From Mobula hypostoma (taxonomy: Eukaryota): 64,000 nt of DNA. The notes under the pieces are model-generated. The model did no database searches. It had not been told where the DNA came from and worked only from the letters and a program-made list of their open reading frames with translations. The translations under genes and the position numbers were made by a program. Shown here piece by piece: positions 50,986-61,510 of the stretch. The stretch's first letter is position 1, and the number at the start of each line of letters is the position of its first letter. Where the stretch lies: the NCBI RefSeq assembly GCF_963921235.1, contig NC_086107.1, positions 102,612,001 to 102,676,000 on the forward strand, read 5' to 3'.

Positions 50986-51479
50986 ACACTCAGCCACACT
51001 CAGGTTGGAGGAACAACACCTTATATTCCGTCTGGGTAGCCTCCAACCTGATGGTATGAACATCGACTTCTCTAACTTCCGCTAAGGCCCCACCTCCCCC
51101 TCATACCCCATCTGTTACTTATTTTTATGCACACATTCTTTCTCTCACTCTCCTTTATCTCCCTCTGTCCCTCTGAATATACCTCTTGCCCATCCTCTGG
51201 GTCGCCCCCCCCCCCCGTCTTTCTTCCCGGACCTCCTGTCCCATGATCCTCTCGTATCCCCTTTTGCCTATCACCTGTCCAGCTCTTGGCTCTATCCCTC
51301 CCCCTCCTGTCTTCTCCTATCATTTTGGATCTCCCCCTCCCCCTCCAACTTTCAAATCCCTTACTCACTCTTCCTTCAGTTAGTCCTGACGAAGGGTCTC
51401 GGCCTGAAACGTCGACTGCACCTCTTCCTACAGATGCTGCCTGGCCTGCTGTGTTCACCAGCAACTTTGATGTGTGTTG
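50986..51479 (+). mobile_element. Young Penelope-like (Neptune-type) 3' insertion nested in an older PLE fragment (~50700-51770)
   Basis: Encodes ATLRLEEQHLIFRLGSLQPDGMNIDFSNFR*; perfect 15-bp TSD CTTTCTTCTACAAGT (50971-85 / 51480-94). Confidence 0.88.
51382..51417 (+). ncRNA. Minimal type-I hammerhead ribozyme motif (intact core)
   Basis: AGUC-CUGACGA-AGG(GUCUCGG)CCU-GAAA-CG-UC^GACU; GUC site after 51413. Confidence 0.72.
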
Positions 51480-52552
51480 CTTTCTTCTACAAGTGTTGGA
51501 AATGCCTGATGATCTCCTCCCTTCCTAACATCCTGGGCTCCAAGTATATAGTTTCCAGATGAAGCAGTTCCTTATAATGCTCAGTATGCATCTGCTGTAT
51601 TCCACTGCAACCAAATTCAGATTGAGGACTGCTTTGCTCTGATTCATTCTGCAAGTCCGAGCTTCTGGTTGCATGCCACTTTAATTCTGCATCCCATTTC
51701 CACACTGTCCACTCTGTCCTTGGCCTCCTAAACTATTTTAATGAAGCTCAACGTAAGCACGGTAGCTCAGTGCACACAAAATGCTGGAGGAACTCAGCAG
51801 GTCGGGCAGCATCTATGGAGAGGAATAAGTTGATGCTTCAGGCTGAGTTCCTTACCATAGATGCTACCTGACCTGCTGAGTTCCTCCAGCATTTTGTCTG
51901 GATTTCCAGCATTTGCAGAATCTCTTGTATTTATGATTTACTGCTCATTTTCTAATCAGCCAAATGCAGTCAATCCAACATCATTTAACAATTTTGGTTG
52001 GTATTTCTGTTGTTCTCCATTCTTCATAGACAGGATTGAAGATTTCTTGCTTCCTCTGTAGTTTTGTGAGTTCTGGGGTGGCTGCTGAAGCCAATATTAC
52101 GACCACAGACTTCTACATTTCGACAGGAGTGACTGATGGGGCGGGTGATTTGGTAGTTTCAGAGATGGTATGCTCCTCCTGCCACCAACACTGGGATTGT
52201 GTCTGCTCCCAAAGCATGGACTTCAGGTTCTCACTGCCATTCCAAATACTCCTGATCCAATTGGAGCAGTTATGGCCTCATAACCTGTTTCCTCCCACAG
52301 CAGTTTGTGTTGGGATTCTGATGCCAGGCGTGCTCACGAATTGGCCAGCCCAGTGTAACTGTTTAGAGAAACCAGAGCTCAAAGCTGGTGCTGGCCTGGC
52401 AAAGGATGCTGCTGTTCTCTTACCCTTCTGATGAACTTGGAGGATTTTGCAGAAGCAGATCTGGTGGTTTTATTTCCAGTACTGTGAGAAGCCTGGTGCA
52501 TTGAAGGCAGTGGTGACTTTCATCATCCATGTCTGCCTTTGCCAAGAGGTTG

Positions 52553-52781
52553 AAGGAGGAGGAGGAACGTCGACTCAGACCATGAGAGGTCTGTGTCGGG
52601 CATTTTCGTGTCTTACAAGGCGCAGATTGGAAGTCTGTGTGGGGCACCACTCCTCGCACAGACTAGAGCAATGTGTGATTAAGTGCCTTGTTCAAGGGCA
52701 CAAACACGCTGCCACACTGAGGCTCGAACTAGCGACCTTGAGATGACTAGACGAACGCCTTAACCACTTGGCCACGTGCCC
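52553..52781 (-). mobile_element. tRNA-derived SINE (different head; tail related to 41035 SINE)
   Basis: rc GGGCACGTGGCCAAGTGGTTAAGGCG...AGTTCGAGCC; (CCT)n tail. Confidence 0.75.
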
Positions 52782-53509
52782 AACACAAGAGATTCCTCCA
52801 AGAAAAAGGGACGTAATGTAACAGGGTTTTGTCTATCTTTATTTTTGGCTGGCACTGCAATGCAGTGGGACAGATTGGTGGAAGGTCTTGGTTTTGCGAA
52901 TGTTGAGTAAAAGACCTATCTTTTTCATATACTTTAATGAATGAATTGACAGGGTCTTGGAGTTCAGCTTCCAAATGTGTACAAACACGAGAGTCATCTG
53001 CATACTGAGGTTCAGCTTCTGAGGTGTGAGGTGGTTGTGGTTCTAGTGTGAGGTGACCATAGGTTAAACAGTTTCACAGTTGCCCTCAGAACTAGTTTCA
53101 CTCCCACAGGACATTTGTGTCAGGTGCAACGTAATATCGTGGTAAGCAAGATTTAAAAAATAACGTATACTATTTAACACTGACCCCAGTCTTCACTGAA
53201 ACTGTCTCCAGTGCAAAATTATTGATTAACATCAAGACTTGAACATGGCCGAGTACATTTGGAAGATGGAAACAAATTTCAGTGGGCATTTTATTTTGAA
53301 GAGGATTTTCCTCACTCATTCCTGACTGATTCCTTTCCCAGGATGGGAATGGCTTATACAACGGTGTCACAAGTAATTTCTTTACCCAGAGAGTGGTTGA
53401 TGCGTGGAATGCCCTGCCAAGTATGGTGGTAGAGGCAGATACATTAGGTGCATAAAGAAACTCTTAAATATACACATGGATGATAGAAAAAAACGGAAGG
53501 TTATGTAGG

Positions 53510-54440
53510 AGAACATAAGAAATAGAAGCAGAAGTAGGCCATCTGGCCCGTCGAGCCCATTTAATAAGATCGTGGCTGATTTGGCCATGGACTCATCTCC
53601 ACCTACCTGCCTTTTCCCCATAACCCTTAATTCCCCTACTATAAAAAAAATCTATCCAACCTTGTCTGAAATATATTTACTGAGGTAGCCTCCACTGCTT
53701 CATTCAGCAGAGAATTCTACAGAGTCACCACTCTCTGGGAAAAGCAGTTTCTCCTCAACTCCATCCTAAATCTACTGCCCCGAACCTTGAGGCTATGTCC
53801 CCTGGTTCTAGTCTCACCTATCAGTGGAAACAATTTTCCTGCCTCTATCTTATCTACCCCTTTCATAATTTTATATGTTTCTATAAGATCCCTTCTCATT
53901 CTTCTGAATTCCAGCGAGTACAGTCCCGGGCTACTCAATCTCTCCTCATAGTCTAACTCCGTCATCTCTGGAATCAACCTGGTGAACCTCCTCTGCACCA
54001 CCTACAAAGCCAGTATTTCCTTCTTCAAGTAAGGAGACCAGAACTGCACGCAGTACTCCAGGTGTGATCTCACCAGTACCCTGTACAGTCCTCTTAAATT
54101 CAATCCCTCTAGCAATGAAGGTCAGCATCCCATTTGCCTTCTTGATAGTCTGCTGCACCTTTTGTGATTCATGCACGAGCACTTCCAAGTCCCTCTGCAC
54201 AGCAGCATGCTGCATTTTCCATTTAAATAATAATCTGTTCTTCCGTTTTTCCTTCCAAAGTGGATGACCTGGCATTTTCCAACATTGTGTTCCATCTGCC
54301 AGACCCTTGCCCACTCACTTAACCTATCTATATCTCTCTGCAGACTCTCCATATCTCCTACACAATTTGCTTTTCCACTCAATATAGTATCATCAACAAA
54401 CTTAGATACATTGCACTTGGTCCCCTCTTCCAGATCGTTA
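53510..54440 (-). mobile_element. CR1-like LINE fragment nested in a plus-strand CR1 3' end (53375-54540)
   Basis: ORFs LQRDIDRLSEWARVWQM, VQRRFTRLIP; ATGTAGG duplicated at both junctions. Confidence 0.88.
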
Positions 54441-55568
54441 ATGTAGGGAAGGGTTAGGTTAATCTTCGAGTAGGTTAAAAGGTTGGCACGACATTGTGGG
54501 TACTGTGCTGTACTGTTCTATGTTCCGTGTTCTATGATGGAGTCAAAGGCTTTAACAAAGCCGAAGAAGACCACGTAAACTGGCTGGTGATGTTCTCTGT
54601 ATTTTAGTTGGAGTTGTTACATCAAGAATATGTTCACCATGCCCCCTTGATAAATTAACAGCATTCCTAGTGTCATTTAGCCTCCCACACTTTCTGAGAC
54701 ATTTCTTTCCTCCTCTCTTAAACTTTTATCTCTTGATTTGCTCAGTTCTGATGAAAGGACATTGACTTGAAACTTAAATTCTGTTTCTCTCCCCAGTGAG
54801 ACTGCAGAATAGTTTCACCATTTTCTGTTTTTAATTCGTTTCCAATTTCACAAAATTTTAACCTTGATTTATCCGTCAACTATTATTTCCGAGATTATCT
54901 CTGAGATGATCCAATCATCTGTGGGACTTTGCCTTATCTATATATTGCCAGTAATCTATCCCCATAACCACAGTTCAGATATATTCAAAGCTTTGGAATA
55001 TTCTGTATTAAAGGGGATAAATATCTGGCTATATTTGTTTTCTCTCTGCATTATTTATTCCACATTTTTTTCTTTCATTTTCGCTATCGTTAACACCTAA
55101 ACCCTAAATTGTATTAGAAAAGCATTTTTACTCACTTTTTATCCATTTAAATCTCGTTGTTTTTCAATGGATGTTGTATTACAATTCTTCTCATTATGCA
55201 ATATGATCTGCCTATCCTAATTAAGTCACCACATTCACCAAATTTCCTAAAAACCATTCTATGGGAGATTGATTATGTTCTTAGAAATGTTGTGTACAGC
55301 ACAACTTCTGACAAAAAAAATTACTTATCAGTACATATCACTATAAATTACAGCGGTAACCATTCTGGCACACAGTTTTGCTGAGTCATTGCCAGTTGCA
55401 AATTTCAGCCATTAGGGGTCTCTGTGTAGTGGCTATTTGAGATCTATAATCCTGTATCTGAGAAAGTGTCTTCAGCAACTAACAATGTCACAGCAAAAAA
55501 CTGATTAATCATTGTGTTTTTGATGCTTTTTTTTTGGCCACAATTGTGTCTTTGTTTTTATAATGCAG

Positions 55569-55828
55569 ATCTGGCTTTGGAGTTTCCACGTGCTCCTGGT
55601 CCTGTCACCAATCCCATACCAGCCAGTGATCCGTCAGGCCCTCTTCTCTCAGCTGCCCTCAGTATCCAGCAGTCCCAGGAAGACCCTGCTCCACTTAAAG
55701 GTCCAGTCGGCGATGGCGTCTCTCTCTCGGTCCCTGAAACTGCAGATGAATTTGCAGATGGAGAGATCATTGGAGAAGACTTGGACACGTTATTGGATTC
55801 TATCGGGGAGGCAAATGAATTTCCGATG
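55569..55828 (+). CDS. ZC3H7A: ZC3H7 coding exon 8, (D)LALEFPRAPG...DEFADGEIIGEDLDTLLDSIGEANEFPM
   Basis: taatgcAG acceptor, ATG|GTAAGA donor, 260 nt phase 1-0; conserved G..LD.LLDS motif. Confidence 0.88.
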
Positions 55829-57879
55829 GTAAGAGGCAGATGTAGACAAAAGGAAACGTAACTTCCAGTGTTTGGATTGGTCTTGTACTCTGGAGCATTA
55901 AAAGTATACCATTGTGTTCCAAATCCAGATTGCAAATCAATCAGTGGTTACCCACCTGTGGTCCACAAACCCCTCGGTTAATGTTTGGGGTCCATGGCAT
56001 AAAAAAAATGCTGTGAACCCCTGTTCTAAAGGTTGGTGTGAATGCCAGCCCTCCTAGTAAACTGCCGTAACTCTTCTGCATTCTGCCCCGTTCCTGGCCA
56101 GTTTTGTTGTACTCACTCTTGGTCTTCTAGTAAGAGATGATTTTACTGTGGGCCAAGTTGTTCAGGGCTTGATAACTATTGACTTGCAGAGTGCCCTTTT
56201 GTCCTTTGCTAAGTCATGTCTCAATGCTCCCAACCCCACCCCATATCATCCTCACTGAGGCTGGCCCAGCCACAGGGTACCAGCTTAAGGCAGCATACTG
56301 GTAGTAGTAGAGCCAAAGACTTGGGTTTAATCCTGATCCTCAGTGAAGCTTCGTGTGTCGTTTGCACATTGTCTCACTTTGTGGGTTCCACAGGACAGGA
56401 ACAGCTCTTCAGCCCATTATGTTGTGCCAACCTTTTAACCTACTCCACGATCAAGCTAACCCGCCTACATTTATCTTTCTTTCATCCATACGCCTATCAC
56501 ATCATAGGAGCGCACACATTATAGTACAATAGTCTCTTTTTTTATTATTCCGTACATTATTATTGCACATTATTGGACACTCCAGCCAACTTAGCTCTCC
56601 GGGTCATTGAGACACTCAAGCCTCCATACCCCACGACAAGGTTGTGGTCTTCTTGGAGGTTAACAAGCAAGCAGAAATGTATTTCCTTCACCTGAGATAA
56701 ATGTCATCCAATTGGAGAGAGTGAATGTGACTACTTTGAGAAAGCAAGGTATCCCAGAGAGAGCTTGTAAACACATCATCGAAACATGCCCCAGTATTTC
56801 CACGATTGGATGTGAAAGAAATGCAAAGTTAATTTCTTGTTTGTAATGTTTTTTGTATTCTGTCAGTGTAAATCTAATGACATGAAGACTTGCCTTATAT
56901 GGTTTAATGTTGGGTTAAGGACTATAAGATTGTAAACTGGTGGGTCCTAGCATATTACAGGGATTGGAGATGATATAGGCGAACTTCATGGTGTCATTTG
57001 ACAGAAGGGATCTATTACTGAAAGTGCACCTGCCTATGGTATCTCAAACCGAAGAGATGACACGCAAGCAGCTTGGGAAAGGGCAGCAGAGGACTGAAAC
57101 AGGATCGTTTCAGGATTCTACATGGGGAGGAAGAATAGGAGCAGTCAGCAGTAGAGGTAGGTTGAGATTTACAAAGGATGAAGTTTTCAGAGCTAGATTA
57201 GGATTTTTTGAGCAGAACAAAGGTGAGGGCCCAGTGGAGACAGGTGCATTGTGTCAATGGCAATTTATACGAACCTATCAAGTGCAGTAGATTCACAGAT
57301 ATTAAGCTTCTTTCATTTGCCTATACCGAAACAAAAATAGTCATGCAGATTAAGCTCAATCTTTGCTTTTACCACCAGTCAGTGTCAGATTGACCAACTG
57401 CTTTACATTTCACTCTTGGCTTCCATTGAATGAATGGCATTAGTATCTCAGTTACGAGCAGGCATGGTGAAGTTAAACCACTCTTGCAATTATGGCCACT
57501 GGTGACTGATCGTAAGCCCTGGGAAGTTGGCCACTGTTTGTGGAATTTTGACTTCATTGGTCTGTTGGTATTGCCACGGTTCCCCCGTGTGCTTGTGCAA
57601 CAACAATTGTCTGATCTGCAACACAGTCTGCCACTGGATGGTTCCTGTTGTACTAACAAGATGGTGTGATTGCTTGTTCTTTGTGCAATTGTAGCCAAAA
57701 CTGCCCGTGGTGAAAATACAGGTACATTTTAAGGTTGTGGTTTTCAGCTGAGTAGTTGGTAGCTAACTTGAACAAACAAAAGAGTAGTAGTGTTTCTACC
57801 ACTTTAAGGGATTTTTTTTTCTCTGTTCTGCAGCATCAGCTGTGTGAGCACTTCTCGCTCATATCTAAGAAACAGATTT

Positions 57880-58367
57880 GCTGGCATTGCAGAAGGTCCG
57901 GAGGAGGTTTACCCCAATGATCCTGGGAATGAATGGGTTAACATATGAAGAGCATTTGATGTCTCTGGGCCTGTAATTAGTGGAGTTTAGAAGAATGGGG
58001 GCAGGTGGGATCTTATTGAAACCAAACGAATATTGAAGGATAGCGTGAATGTGCAAATGATGCTTCCAATAGTAGGAGAGTGTAGGACAGAGGGGACAGC
58101 CTCGGTATAGAAAGATGTCCCTTTAGAAAACAGATGAGGAGGAATTTCTTTAGGCAGAGGATAGTGGATCTGTGGAATTCGTGGCTCTGAAGGCAAAGTC
58201 ATTGGGTATATTTAAAGCGGAGGTTGTTAGTAGAGCTCCAAAGGTTATGGGGAGAAGGCAGGAGAATGGGGTTGAGGGGGAAATAAATCGGCCATGATCA
58301 AATGGCGGAGCCAACTGGGAGGGCCAGATGGCCTAAATCTGCTCCTACGTCTCATGGTCTTGCGGTC
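57880..58367 (+). mobile_element. CR1-like LINE 3' fragment
   Basis: Degenerate RT C-terminus and GGCCTAAATCTGCTCCT...ATGGTCTT tail. Confidence 0.8.
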
Positions 58368-58639
58368 TTCTCAGGAAGCTGTGTAAACAGAGGCCAAGGC
58401 TGAGGGAGCAGACATCTGAAATAGTATGGTGTAAGAACTAATGGAAATAGGATTTGTTCCTGCTGAATACCACTTGTACAGTGGTAACTGATTCAAGCAA
58501 GGGTGTGTTTTCCCCACCCATAATTTACCCCGGCCCCCCCCCCCAACCAACCTGCACATCGTTGGGACGTGGTGGGGGTGGGGGAGAATGGAGAGTACAT
58601 AGTCGAAGGATGCACACAGTCACCTTGAGGACATGCAAG

Positions 58640-58685
58640 CCACACACACACACACACAGACACACACACACACACACACACACAC
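58640..58685. repeat. (CA)n microsatellite
   Basis: Direct reading. Confidence 0.95.
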
Positions 58686-59309
58686 GGTTTGGTCTCTGGT
58701 GCTGTGAGACGGCAGTTTTACAAGCTGTGCCACCTGCTACTTTTTGAGATCATTTTGAGTACCATTGAATGTTGCTGGACGTTTGCTAAGTAGATACTCA
58801 TGAACTCTATTTACCAGCATTACATGTACAGTTCATTCACAGCATTTTCCTCCCAAACTTAGTGCGTCAGTCTCAAACAACAGGATTGTGAGCTAGTTGA
58901 CATTTGGCCGGGCAAAACTAGAGCAAATCTACTCTACCAGGTGGGACGTTCTGCTCTGTCCCTCTTAGTTCTGCTGTTTAAATGAGTGAGTGTTAAAAAT
59001 ACACAGATTCTACGGAGGGAAGGAGCATTTTAATATTTTGGATGTGATTCTTTGTCAGAGGTATCAATCTTTTTCCTGCCCTCCCACAGGCCAGATTCCT
59101 GAGCACTTACAATAATGGTGCTGTTCTTCCTGGGGCTGGATAACCTTTCAGCTGCTTTCCCAGTGATTCAGTGAACATCCCACTCCCTGTTGACCTTCAT
59201 CACCCAGGGATCTGTAAACCCATCACCCACAGCCAGAGGAGTTTCCTTGTGCCTAATCTGCAGAGCAGCACCAAAGTTGGAACAGCAGGAAAACCGTGGA
59301 GACTTGTGC

Positions 59310-59935
59310 GGGAGTCTAAGACCAGAGGGCACGGCTCAGGATAGAGAGGGCGTCCTTTTAGAACGGAGATGAGGAGTAATTTCTTCAGTCAGACAGTGGT
59401 GAATCTGTGGAATTTGTTGCCACAGGCAGCTAGGGAGGCCACGTCTTTATGTATATTTAAGGCGGAGGTTGATAGATTTTTGATTAGAAACATAGAAAAT
59501 AGGTGCAGGAGTAGGCCATTCGGCCCTTTGAGCCTGCACCGCCATTCAGTATGATCATGGCTGATCATCCAACTCAGAACCCTGTACCTGCTTTCTCTCC
59601 ATACCCCCTTATCCCTTTAGTCACAAGGGCCATATCTAACTCCCTCTTAAATATAGCCAATGAACTGGCCTCAACTGTTTCCTGTGGCAGAGAATTCCAC
59701 AAATTCACCACTCTGTGTGAAGAAGTTTTTCCTCATCTCGGTCCTAAAAGGCTTCCCCTTTATCCTTAAACTGTGACCCCTCGTTCAGTATCCCTTCAAG
59801 TCAGGACATGAAGGGATACAGACAGATGGCAGGAGACTGGGACTGAGAGGGAAAACGGATCGGCCATGATGAAATGGTGGAGCAGACTCGATGGGCCAAA
59901 TGGCCTAATTCTGTCACTACATCTTGTGGTCTTAT
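59310..59935. mobile_element. Plus-strand CR1 3' end interrupted by a minus-strand CR1 3' end (59486-59785)
   Basis: FFSQTVVNLWNLLP, then AGAAACATAGAAAATAGG tail in opposite orientation. Confidence 0.8.
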
Positions 59936-60203
59936 TAATCCCAAGCTTCGGGATGGGGCATTCAGAAGCACGGACAGTGTCGTAGAGGTTGCCACTGCCG
60001 ATTTAATCCAGTGCCAGTGAGGTGCACCAGAACTTACTCATTTTGATGTTGGTGTATTATTGTCATGTGTACTGGTTCACTGTGAAGAGCTTTTGTTTAT
60101 GAGGCATCCAGACAGATCATTCCATATGGGAATACCTGAGTATGCAGGTGACTGCTGTCGTGGAAGAGCTGCCCCGTGATCATTTCTTCACTCTGTTCCA
60201 CAG

Positions 60204-60453
60204 ACGTCAGTGGCAGGGACTATTCCAACTAACCTACCCGATGATGTGTCCAGGCTACTCGCCGCCTTACCCAGTGGCGCACCAGTGCTTCCACCTGCTG
60301 TAAAGGGTGATGTTAGCCCTAAAGTGTCGCTCCCACCAGCCTACTCAATGCTTCCGGTCCAGAAAATGGACACCCTGGACACAATTGGTCCAAGCACAGC
60401 TGTGACTAGTTTGGATTCTTTGGATCTACTCCCTGGAACAGAATCTCAGTCTG
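60204..60453 (+). CDS. ZC3H7A: ZC3H7 coding exon 9, TSVAGTIPTNLPDD...SLDSLDLLPGTESQS
   Basis: ctgttccacAG acceptor, CTG|GTAAGC donor, 250 nt phase 0-1; Pro-rich LP.G.P.LPP and LD.LDLLP motifs resemble ZC3H7B. Confidence 0.85.
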
Positions 60454-60659
60454 GTAAGCCTGTTTTCATTCTTGAACTACTGACCACATATTTAGTGGCA
60501 AAACGCTTCCGTTTGTTTAAAATCTGCCCCACGAAAGTAACTGAGACTTTTAACGTATCCATTTTACGCAGGGCAACACATTTCACAGCGGATCTATTGG
60601 CCTCAGTGGATGTTTCTGCAGATTCACAAAAATGTTGCCAGTGTTGTTCAAAGTCTTAT

Positions 60660-61047
60660 TGGATACCCCATCTGTTATTTATTTATATACACACATACTT
60701 TCTCTCTCTCTCTCCTTTTTCTCCCTCTGACTATACCCTTTGCCCATCCTCTGGGCTTTTTTCCCCCTCCCCCTTGTCTTTCTCCCCGGGCCTCCTGTCC
60801 CATGATCATCTCATATCCCTTATGCCAATCACCTGTCCAGCTCTTGGCTCCATCCCTCCCCCTCCTGTCTTCTCCTATCATTTCGGATCTTCCCCCTCCC
60901 CCTCCCCCTCCCACTTTCAAATCTCTTACTAGCTCTTCCTTCAGTTAGTCCTGATGAAGGGTCTCGGCCCAAAACTTCGACTGTACCTCTTCCTGGAGAT
61001 GCTGCCTGGCCTGCTGTGTTCACCAGCAACTTTGATGTGTGTTGCTT
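60660..61047 (+). mobile_element. Penelope-like 3' end with degenerate hammerhead (60947-60982)
   Basis: Same family as 13050 and 50986 copies. Confidence 0.8.
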
Positions 61048-61413
61048 GGATAAATTACTATTCCCTGGAGAATAGGGAGTTAAGGCGTCGTTCAACCGAG
61101 ACTTTCAGATTTTGAAAGTAATCCTCCAAGTAGGACGTGCACTTCAAGTCAGAGCCAGACCATTCAAAGGAAAAGTTAGTGGTGAGAAGAGCAGTAAATT
61201 GTGGGACCTTCTTCCACAATAGTAAACCTGAGACAGGCTTAAAATTGCTTAACACTGTTGGCGAGTAAAACTCTGTCAAAGTGGTGAAGGTAGGATACAG
61301 ATGAATCCCATCTCATTGAATGACAAGCAAGTTTGAGACCCCAGTTTGTATGCTTCTAGCTTGAAATATTATTTAGTGCATTCACTCTTCTTCATCTTCA
61401 TTTCAATCTAGAC

Positions 61414-61510
61414 CAGGGGTTCCCAACCTTTTTTATGCCATGGACCATTAAGCAAGGGGTCCATGGACCATTCAGCAAGGGGTCCATGGACCCCAGGTTG
61501 GGAACCCCTG
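61414..61510. mobile_element. hAT MITE with internal 23-bp tandem duplication
   Basis: TIRs CAGGGGTTCCCAACCT / AGGTTGGGAACCCCTG. Confidence 0.82.

Larger units (their letters stand above)
19642..60453 (+). other. ZC3H7A: ZC3H7-family gene (zinc finger CCCH domain-containing protein 7, A-like; B not excluded), 5' portion: 9 coding exons, 3' end beyond window
   Basis: Spliced translation MSSTSPGTRKRKEDIQKGLQFIQSPLPYPGSQDEYETFLHQLVKNLLEEGNELYQEKDYKQALFQY...KLTQELAQKLGLRIRKAYIRAQ matches the recalled N-terminus/TPR region of vertebrate ZC3H7A/B. All introns are GT-AG and phases are compatible. Family confidence is high; the A vs B call is only moderate. Confidence 0.85.

Noticed and set aside
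60204..60211. Alternative acceptor at CAG 60208-60210
   Set aside because: Would shift the frame by 7 nt; the upstream AG keeps the ORF
60454..60932. 240-aa ORF 60210-60932 as a single coding exon
   Set aside because: Homology stops at a good donor (60454); the remainder is intron read-through into a PLE repeat
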